From IMG/VR virus record IMGVR_UViG_3300024341_000001: a stretch of DNA of 22,965 nucleotides; one strand, given 5' to 3'. Source of the DNA: a virus (Duplodnaviria > Heunggongvirae > Uroviricota > Caudoviricetes). Position numbers and translations under genes: made by a program. The notes beneath the pieces were generated by a model. That model had not been told where the DNA came from, ran no database searches, and worked only from the letters and a program-made list of their open reading frames with translations. Positions within the stretch are counted from its first letter, which is position 1. Each line of letters starts with the position of its first letter. Shown piece by piece: positions 9,076-21,000 of this stretch.

Positions 9076-12000
9076 TGACACCAAATGGCGATTGGGAATG
9101 GATCGACATAATGGGGGATGATATGCTTGATCCTATACAACCAGCCGATATACAAGGATTGTTACGTGAAACTATTACTATTATTGATGATTCAACTGTA
9201 TTAGTAGAGTATGCTGTTGCTATAAATGCCACACGAGTATCCATATCAAATGTGGGTACTGCAACTGTATCTGGGCTTGAAATAACATTAATACAACAAC
9301 ATAAAAATCCAATTATTACAACGCCGGATTTTGACACCGCATACAACTTAACTGACTGGAATGCCACACCGGCCGATCCATGTAATCTTGCTGTTGGTGA
9401 AACTATTATATATGATCTTACAACATCATTGATAAGTGCTGCTTATAAAGTAAAGATCATTGGTGCACATGTTGGTAATTCTAATCTCAAAATAAAAATT
9501 ACAAGTCGTTTAGCGGCCGACGAAATCGATGCCGGACGTATTCGGGTCGAAAAAGGGATTAGCATCTCTGATGGTGGTGCTTCTGGTTTCATAATCGATA
9601 CTGCAAGTATCCGAGGAATTGATGAACTCGGTCAGACAGTGGTAGCGTTATATAATGATGGTCAAACTGTTGGAACATTGACAGATATCTATGCAAAGAT
9701 CGGCGGATGGGCAATTACCGAAACCAGCCTAGTACGCGAAGTTTCAGGAAGCAAGATAGAGGTGGTTGGTACAAATACTCCATACATAGGTGTTGGTAAC
9801 GGTGTCACCGAATATGCTAGAATGGGTTATCTATCTAGTGATGTAAATGGTATTTGGGCAACTGTTGGTGGATTTGGCGGCACATCGTATGATAACGCAA
9901 AAGTATTTATTAATAGCTCTGGACTATATATTAATGATGACTATAGCGCCCCCATAACATATATTACTGGTGATACTGATTGGCGTTCTATTGATACGAC
10001 AGTTGTAGAAAACGCTACCTTTGCTTCCAGCGCAGAAGGTTGGGATGTGACAAATGGCTTCTCTTGGATAACTAACTATATTAAAGCAACAGCGGGGTCT
10101 GGAAAATCAACTTATAAAAGTTTAGGGGCCGGAGTTGCAAATAAAACTTATACTTTAAGAATAGAACATAATTGCGCTAATGCTCCTTCAGATATTACTA
10201 TTCGCATTGCACATAGCGGAAGTTATACCGATTATACTGTAACCGTTCCTCCATATACAAATAGTACGTGGCAAAAAACTTTCACCACTACCACTAATGG
10301 TATAATTACTGTTACTATATCAGGCACAGTTGTGTATGAATATTATCTCTCAACAGTACGTCTGGAATATTCGTCGTCGTTTTCGGAGTTAAGCGCAGCA
10401 GGACTCTTCCTTGTAAACAATGCAAATTCATATATCAAATTCGGCAAGGGAATAGCAGAGATAAAAGGAAGTGGTTTTGAAGTAGAAGACTTAACCATCT
10501 ATGGTAATTTTAATCAGTATGGTACTTGGCATCAATATGGTTCAGTAGTTATTTCAGCTCCGATACAGGTCTTGAATTATAATGCCGCATTACCAAGTTA
10601 TGGTGGAATTGAAGTAGATAACACTAGCGGTGATAATCAATTACTAACATATTCATCTGGAGATTCAGCGTGGATAGTTGCAAAACGAACTGGAACTGGT
10701 GCAGGTGGGCAGACCGGAATAACTAAAAACGGAGTAATATTGCACGGTGGGGCAAGTTTCAATTATGAGACTGACGCGACATATGATATTGGAAGTATAA
10801 ACACCGGACGACCACGTGATGTACATATTGGAAGAGATATATACATTGCCGGAAATATATATTTAACTGGGGATATTGATGAAGTAGATATTTCAGTTCT
10901 TAAAGTAGCCGACAAGCAAATTTCAATGGCTGTTAGTACAAATCCAACCGATGCATTGGCAGACGGTGGTGGTATTATTTTGAAGGGCACTACTGATAAG
11001 ACTATCTTATGGGATCTGTCAAACACTAATTGGACATCAACTGAACACTGGAATCTCGCATCAGGCAAAACTTACAAAATAAATAATGTATCAGTAGTCG
11101 AAGGCGCGAATCCGGTATTATCATCTAGTTCACCGACTTTTGTTGCGTTAACATTAGGCACATCAGTAAAACTACCTACATTGTTTACAACGACTAAGCA
11201 CTATACAGGATTTCCAAATCGTGCTGATACAGCATTGTCATTTAATAATACAAACCGTCGTATGACTATTACAGGTACAAATTTTAAAGTTTATCTGAAC
11301 GGTTCTGAATATACATTAAATACATCATATGTAACAATTACAGATTCAACTAATTTTTACTGGATATATTATAGTTTAGTTGATAATGTACCCACATTAA
11401 CTGCAAGCAGTTCATATCCTGGTTTCGATCAATGCTTAGTAGCCGGTGTTTATTGGAATTCAACTACTGGTGTAGGAATACTTTCAGACGAACGTCACTG
11501 GATGGGGCGCGATCAATGGACGCATGAATACTTACATGAAACTGTAGGAACTCGTTATGCATCTGGTTTAGCAGGTACATTTGGTAATAGCAGTATTACG
11601 ATTGCTGCGGGAGAAATATATGATGAAGATATTGAACATGAAATTACGCAACAAACTTCATGTATGGTATTATATCACGATGGATCCTCAGCCTACAAGT
11701 CAATAGCAGGATCGGCCGTTCCTTATTATGAAGTAAGTAGTAATATTCAATATAATAATAGCACAACACTAACAGCTGTGCCGGCGAATAATTATGTGGC
11801 CTACTGGGTATTTGCGTCGAATAATACATCTTATCCTATTATGGTGTTGATGGGACAAAGAGTCGATGCTAATATAGCAAATGCACGCGCAAACAATGTT
11901 CCCGAAAATCTAATATACGATACATTACCGGTAGCAGAGATGAAATTATTGTATCGAATAATTTATCGTAATACTGGAAGCCCTCCAACGTATATCGAAG

Positions 12001-15000
12001 CGGCAGATTACCGCGCAGTTACTCCGTTGCCGACATCGAATTATATAGCTACAGATCACCACGCATTATCGAATTTAACAACAGGTGATGATCATACACA
12101 ATATTTGTATCTTGCCGGACGTGGTGGACAAACGATTTCAGACGCCTTAACACTAAGCAGCACATTAACATTGCCCAACTCGAATACATTAACCGGTAGT
12201 TCTGGATTAGTAGAATTTAGCGCTGGTGCCTCATTAACTGGTAATTTATATGTTAAGGGTGGTAATCTTTATACAGACACAGGGGTAAATTTAAACATCG
12301 CTCCTGGCGGAGATATAATACTTGATCCTACCGGAAATGATATTTTACCCGCAAGTAATTACGATTTAAATCTTGGTTCATTAAGTAAAAAATATCTTAC
12401 CTTACATGCCGCTGAACTTATAGTTGAGACATTAGTAGCACAAGATACATTAGCAACAATTGGCGGCCGCGTATTGGTAGGACCTACCACAGTACTAACG
12501 TCGGATTTGGCTGCAAGCGAATCTGCCACTACAATATATACAAAACATAATAATTTGGTTGTTGGTGATATTGTATATTTAGAAGCAAATGCAGTAATTG
12601 AATTTATGAAAATTGAATCCGGTCCATCAGGAGTAGGACCTTACACATACGTAGTGGATAGAAACATCGAAGAACATGCAGCTCATGCATGGTACGCCGG
12701 CGACGCAATATTTAATACTGGGGTCACAGGAGATGGTTTTATCGATTTATATTCGTTGCGTAGTGTTAAAAGTGCGGCACAATATGGACCTACGATCGTT
12801 GGAAATGTCCGTGATAATGATGTAACTTATAATGCTTGGACTGAACATTGGGCAATTGGTAATTTAAATGGCATATACGGTTATTCGTCAAACGTTTATG
12901 GCTTCGCTGCCGGTAAATACGCCAATTCATACTCATTTGTTACTGTAGATTCAACAAACGGTGTTCGACTGCTTTATCGTTCTGGTGGAAATGATTATAC
13001 TCGTATTTCATTAGCAACAAATGGTTCTGGATATTTGGCAAGTAGTAATATCGCATGGACATCTGCTGGAGTTATAACTGTCGGTGGCTGGACAATCAAT
13101 GCTAATACAATTGAAAATATTAGTTCTGGTACCGGTGTTATTATGAGTGTAGCTGATAGTCATCCTTATGTAATGGCCGAATACAGTTCTTCAGAGAAAG
13201 CACGTTTAGGATATTTAACAACTAACACATACGGACTATGGGGAACAGTAGGAGGATTTGGCGGTACAAGTTATGCTACAGCTAAAGTACTTATTGATAG
13301 TTATGGTTTGTATATAAACGATATTAATAGTATACCAATCACATATATGACTGGAAATACATCATGGCGCTCAATTACTTCCAGTGGATTAGATACTACT
13401 GATTTTGAATCTAGTGCAAATGGTTGGAGTACAAGTACTGGATTTGCTCGATCTACATCTAAAGCACATACCGGCACTTATAGTTTTTTGGGAACAGGTG
13501 CGTCTGAACGTGATTGGATGTGTTGGACCTCAAAAAATCTTGGTGCAGCCGTTCCAGGACATTCTACTTCAATTACACTTTGGTATTGGCCTATGGAAGG
13601 CACTGTAGGAGTATATGCAAATTATGATGATACTGAACATGAACTTTTAAATTATGATTCTGGTCAGGGCGGTCTTTATGACTGGTCTGAATTTGTAGCG
13701 ACTTTTACACCGCAAACTGATAGCGATATAACAATAACGATATCTGGTAATAATCAAGTAGGTTTGTATATAGATGATATCGAAATTAAATCGACTACAC
13801 CATTTTCTGAATTAAACGCTAAAGGATTATATGTAGTAAATAGTGAAAGTCAGTATTTAAAATTTGGGTCTGGTGTGGCGGAATTAAAAGGATTTACCGC
13901 CGAAATAGACTCACTGACCGTTTATAATTCATTTATTTCATATGGAACCTGGACTAATTATGGTACAGTTATCATTGCTAATCCATTTCAAGTAGTTAAT
14001 AATGACGCAGCAATTCCTAATTATGCTGGATTCGAAATCGATAGTGGAACCGGCGGAACAAATAGATTAATATACTGGGATACTACTAATACCAAATGGG
14101 CGTTAGGAACCAGAGCACATGTTGCTAAGGGCTCACAAACGGCTCCTACTTTAGGAGCAAACTTTAGTATAGGTACTGGTAGCTTTACAGTAGGTGCTAT
14201 AATGAGTAGTGGGAAACTCACTGTTACTACTTCAACAAGTCCAGGAATTGAAATTGTTAAAGACAACTCTGTTGATAATCGTTATCTGCGTTTTACTGCA
14301 TCAAACACAGATGGAAAGCAAGTAGATATAATAAATTCAGGGACATCTACATCAAGTCTAATTGGCTTTTATAATCATTCAAATAGCTATTGGTTAAGTT
14401 ATTGGGATATTACAACAGGTAATTTTTCTAATTTGGGCACAATACAGGGATCTGTATTAATTACACAAAATGCATCTAATCCGTACGTTTACTTCAATAA
14501 AACTGGTTCAACTGCCAGGTCGGCTTATATCGAAATAACAGGTGATACTTTTCGTCTGTATTATGAGGGGGCAGCAGCATTAAGTTTTGATACGTCACGC
14601 AATGCTACATTTGCATCAACAATTAATTCTGGTGCTATAACGAGTAGCGGTAATATTACAATTGATAAAGTTCCAATTAATATTAGTTATCCCACTCCCG
14701 GATTGACTTCGCAATGTGGATTGCATTTTGAGCCTACTAATGATGTCAGCTATTATGATTATTCACAAGGTATAACTTGGGGTATTCCGAATCCCAGTTA
14801 CGCTGACAAAACACATGCCGGTATATATGTGCAATCAAGTGGTACTTATGGTAGCAAGATGTATTTTGCCACATCGAATAATTGGGCTGTTGGTGCTATA
14901 GCTCACATGCAGATTAACCATTATGGTGAAGTATCAATTAGCAAGCAAGGTGTTTTTGCAAATGCCGGATATTCGAGTTTGAGTATATTTGATACGACTG

Positions 15001-18000
15001 AGGGGTCAAGTGCTAACAGATTAGTTGATATAACAAATGGCGTCGATATGAATTTTAATATTTATATTACCAATGCTGGTAAGACATTTAAGTACGCCGA
15101 ACTCGCCTCTTATTCAACTTTGCCATTAATATTAAATGCCACTTCTGGAGGTTCTATTATTCTTGGTGGTAATCTTGCCACTGACTATAATAGCAAATTG
15201 CAGATATATCAAAATTGGTTTGATACCAGTTCAAATCCTGAAGGTTGGGGTGGAGGAATTAAACTTGTAGGTGACGCGCCTACATTAGCATTCTGTGAAA
15301 CAGATCAGTCTAACGTTGGTTGGATGTGGCACGTAAGTGGTGATAAAATGAATCTTTACCGTCGTGCTGTTGGAGGTAGTTGGCAGCGACCATTTTATGT
15401 TCATGAAAGTATGCGGGCCTATTTTACAAGTATAGTTTCTACCGACGACTGGTTTTACGTTACGACTAATAAAACAGGATTATATAATGAAGTTCAAACT
15501 ACGCATTGGTATTGTGACGGTCTAAACTTTTGGAACATTTCTTCTGGAGGAAGTCCTACTTCTGGCGGTATTAGAATGAGGACGAATCACGATAGCACTA
15601 TTAAAGGATATTTATATTGGGATTCTTCTGGAATTGGTTTGTTAAACGATCAGAGTGGTTGGAGTGTCCGTTGTAATCAAGGCAGCGGTTATGGTGGGTA
15701 TCTTTTTGGTAGTTGGATAACGATAGGAGATCTAAGAACTTCGGGGGTCTTACTCCATCAAAGTAATATAAGAGTTCTAAATAAAGCCGAATCAGATTGG
15801 GTTACATGGGCTACAAGAAATACTTCTGGTTCTGAAACTGTTATTGATTTGAGCAATATCGGTAGTATTGAGTTTGTTTCTGGTACGCCTTCATTAAGTA
15901 AGCGTTTTTCTGGTTCTCAAGTTTTTAGCTATACAGAGGATTCCCAAATTCGCAAAGTTCTCCAGTTTACTAATCCAGATACAGGATACAAGTCTGGGGT
16001 TTTATTTGGAACAGTTACTTTAGTTTTTTCTGGAATGGAGACAGGTAATGCCAATCCTGTTTTTTTGGTTCGCAGATATACTGTAAGAGTAAGAGATTGG
16101 TATGCAGGTGGTGAATATAATATGACGGCGTATATTGCGTCGGATTATGAAGAAGGGGTATCTAATTCGATCACTTTAGATGTTGATACCGCTTCTTCAT
16201 CAACCTTAGTGATGAAGGTTAAGGTTTACCAGAATAATGGTTTATTTGATTCTGGGTCTAAATTAACAGTTTCATATGATTTTACAAGTACTGCTGTTCA
16301 TTTAGGTAATTTTATAACACCGAGTTTTGCTGATGGTACGACGACTACAGGCAATCCTTCTTCTCAGGGTGCTGTAGTTTTGGCTTCTTCAATTGGATCT
16401 GTGGTTGTTGGAGGGAATGATCCAACCATAAATGGATATTATACTTCACGATTTACAATTGTAGCAGGTTCGCAATCTACAGGATTGGGGGTAGCTTATA
16501 ATTCTTCTACCCCAGCATTCGCCCTTAATCCTCTAAGTAATTCTGCATGGACGCTATATGATTGGTATGGTAGCTCTTGGCACGCTGGAATAACCCAGCG
16601 CAATGGTTATATCGGTGTTGAAACAGCAACTCCATTTACATCTATAACATTACCAAGCGCTACAGATGGTAAATATGTGGCTTGGGATTATAAATCTGGA
16701 GCATCTGACTCAAGACGTTGGTGGTTAGGTAACGATCAATACGCTTATGGTGATTTCGCAATCAGGACAGAATCATCACAAGGATTAAGTGCGCCTGATT
16801 TAGTAAGATTGTTAATAGATAAAAATGGATTTGTAGGCATTCCAGTAATAGGTAATGGTAGATTATCTGTTCGTGGTACTGGAACAAGTTCGAGTACATA
16901 CAGTTTTGAAGCATCCAACTCAAGTGGAAGTACACGATTTCTTGTGCGCGATGATGTCTGGTCGGCATTTTACGGCTCTGATGATGCTTTAACATTAACG
17001 CTTGGAGCTGATCATGTAGCTACATTTGCTAATGCTGTAATAAGCAACGGAATGTACAATTCAACGACTTACACAGAAAGTTGGGAAGCGGGTAGCGATC
17101 CTGTCTGGCTAAAATTATTCACATTTGGAGGTGAATATGGTTATGCTACTGTTAAAGGATATATTAGTTCTACAGACAATGAGCAGCCTTTTGAAATAAA
17201 AGTAATGACAACATATTATACTCCTGATTCGTATTCTCCTATGTTGGAAATTGAGCATCATTCTTACAATCCTCGACTGTTGGCTGTGCGTTTGGAGGGA
17301 GTAAATGGAGGAGCAAAGTCTGTTTACGTTAAACTAAATCCAGTAACTTACGGAGTAAATATAAATTGGAGGTTATTAAATTGTTTTACAGTAAATCCAA
17401 CTATTAATAATTCCAAAACTACTCCCGTTGGTGAATATTATGTTGAGCATACAAGTTATGGCTATTCAGCTCACATTAGCAATAGTTCTTGGATGTTCAA
17501 GGAGAACATATATTTACAGCCAATTACCAATAAATATTTTGTTTTAAATCGTCCTGCAAACACAAACTATCTCGGACTATCTTATCGAACTAATGGAGCC
17601 GGAGAATGGTTTGTTGGTCAAAGAGAGCTTAGTAATAGTAATTTGTATATTTACAACGAAAGTGGTACAAATACAGTAATTTTTGATAAGACTACTAACG
17701 CTGTTACATTTGCAAATAACATTACTTTAACGAATGGTTATATAACAACCAATTATGATTATTATGGACTAATTGTAAATATTACTGCTGCTGGAAGTCA
17801 GACACCATTTAGGATAAAACGATCTGATTCAGTGGTTTGGGATGTTAATTTAATTGAGACAACAAATGATTTGGGGTTTTATTCGTATGGCGTTGGCTAT
17901 GCACTTAGATTAAATAAGAGTACGCTCGGTGTTGGTATAGGGTCAACACCATTATACATAACAGATTCTTATTTTGGTTATAGTGGTGCTTATCGAGTAT

Positions 18001-21000
18001 TGCAATTAGGCACTTGTGAAGCAACAAGAGCCGTTGCTATTGGAGTTAATTTAACTTCTTACACAAGCGGTCAATTTCAAGGTAATGAAATTGTTATACC
18101 AAATAATATATGTGTCATAGCACCTCAATCAAATACATCAGCAGCATTTATAGGAGTCTTAAAGCGTACAGACAGCTATTTGTATCTGGGCGGCGATAAT
18201 TATGCTTTAGCTAATTCAATCACGATTGACAATTCTGGGAATGTGGTAGTTCCAAGTAATCTTACTTTGTCCAATGGAAATGTGACTATTGCTACGGGTA
18301 AAGGATACATGCTTGGTGTTGGGACAAATACGTATATATCAAGAGAAACAAGTGGAGGGGCAAGATTTGCTGTTACAGTTGCCGGTGTTGAAGCACTACG
18401 TATTTTAGAAAGTGACGACTCTGCTACATTTGCTGGCAATGTAATAATGGCAAACGCAAAAGCTATCTATTCAACTACCTATTCTGTAAGTGATCCATAT
18501 ACTGGATATTATTTAACACAAGTTGGCTCTGTGTTTGGAAAACTAACTGTCAATGAGATGCATGCAAAATCATTTATTACTGATATTGAACAAGCATTAG
18601 TTGGTGGACAAATTATTTGTAAATCTGCTGCTAAATTATATCAAGATTTTGTATGTGGTACTGATACTTATTTGTATGTAGAAGAAATCACTGGCTATAC
18701 AGGTCAGGTTTTTGCTGACGGAGATTATGTTCGCATTAAGAATATTTCGATGGGCGCGTTTCATTTGGATATTACTGAAGCGTGGTTGACTGTAACATAT
18801 TATGATAGAGATACCACAAATAAATATCAGCGTTACACATATACAAAACAGTCTGGTACATCTACTACTTATACAAAAGGAACTATTGCTTTAGACTATG
18901 GAGTATCGGGGAACGGTATTTTAGAAAGATGTGCGCTGAATGAAGTAGGTAATCGTCCGTATGATCGCATAGCGACATGGACGACTGCTCCACAGACCGA
19001 TTTAATAACTCGTTCTCAAATTGGCGATTTAAGTGGAGTCAATACACTAACATATGGAGCATTAGCATCAAGCACGTTTGGAGTTTATACAAGAGATTTG
19101 TATGCGGAAGGTAATGCAAATATTGTTGGAACACTTGCTGTAGGTGGAGGTTCTACCATAGGTAATACTTTCTACGTTGGTAAGATACATACTAACTTAC
19201 TTACAGGTGTATCCGATGATTGTTTTTATGGGCGATCTGGTGGTGGTGTCGGTACAGATATTACTGGTAATGTAACTGCGCCAGATGGAAGTACAGTATT
19301 ATATCATAAATCTGATGATGCAACTGATTTATGGTATTATCTGAATTTGACCGGAGCGTTATCCAGTGGAACATACACTACATCGGTTTGGGTTTGGACT
19401 GATACAAACGGTACAGTTAATAGCGATATTTGGGGAGTGTTTGGAACTATCTACGCTGATACTTGGACACGATTAAGTGTTGTAAGAACAAGTTTTACTG
19501 GTTATCAGTCGGGGATGGACTGGGTATTGCGTCATAGTGGTGGAGCAACTAAGAAACTTGCCTTCTGGGGATTGCAAGTTGAAAGCGGTAGTATAACTAC
19601 TGTTTATCAAAAAACAGATGGAAGTAATACTGGGTCAGGTTACGGTATGTGGGCAATAGCAGGAGGATTTGGTGGAAGTATTCAAAATCCAACAATATCT
19701 CTATCTTCTGCTGGGATGAGAGTTCTTGATGCTGGAACATCAACAGCTATTGCAGCAGCAGGAACATACATTGGACGTTATACCGTTGATGGTTATCAAG
19801 CCGTTGTTATTAATTCATCCGGCATATCTGGATATACTGGTTCTGGAACAACAAAAAATTTCTATTTACCTACAAGTGGGACAGCAACAATTTCTGGATT
19901 TAGTTTTGATGCAAATAGAATGACATTAGGGTCTATTCTTCAAATAGGTAATTATCTTAGTGCCGGTATAGGAGAAGCTAATAACTCTGCCGGATTCGGA
20001 TTTTGGGATAATGGATCAAGACCAATTTTTTGGCTAAGAGGTTCTTCTGGCGTTCTGATGGAGATGGGCGTTATTGGAACTATAACCTATTTAGGATTTC
20101 ATGATGGATCAAGATGGAATTTACGTCTTGGTTCTCTTAAAGCTTTTGATTCTGGTAGTGATGTTGTTGGTTTTGAGCTATTAAATTCATCTGGAACATC
20201 TATAATGCGTGTTGATTCCGGTGGAACAGCTCATATTGCCAATTGGGGAATAAATCAATACGCTTTTTATAAAAATGCTGGTGATAGTCGAACACAATCT
20301 GTGGCACTTTATCAAGATGCTGGTGGCGCTGCTTTAACTATTGTTAACGGTGCTGCTTATTCAACAACAAGTGTTGCTCGAATAACGGTTGGTCGAATAT
20401 TAACAACAGCATGGGGTTGGTCTACCAAATTTGGTATAAATGCTTATGATGCTTCTGGAAATGAATTGTTTTTCTTAACTGCTGATGCCACTAATACAAG
20501 TCATATTGCCGGTTGGTCTTTCGACCCTACGGTTTTTGCTAAAGATTCCTTATCTGATGCAGTAGATGAAAAATACTGGCAAGGAACTGGAGTTCGTTTA
20601 GCTTCAAAAGCAGGTAGATTTGAAGATTATGCAGCGAGAGATTATACGGCGGGTTTGACAATAGGTAATCATAATGGCGGTTCTGATACTTTTAAATTAT
20701 TTGTTGGACGGGTAGCAGATGTTGATCCCGGAGGCACTTGGAGTGGGGTATCTAAATGGACGGCAACAGGAAATAATGTACGTTATGGGATTCAATTTGT
20801 TCAATGGAATCTTGGCAACTTATTTGAGATATCGTGTGATAAGAATGATAATAGTTCTTCATTTAGAGCGCATATTGCGGGCTGGCGATTTAATAATAAA
20901 GCTTTGTGGCATGATCACGGTCAAGATTATGTTTATATTCTCTCGGATGCGACCCAATTCAGCGGCGCTTATACTAAGCCTTCAATTATTATGCGTGGCG

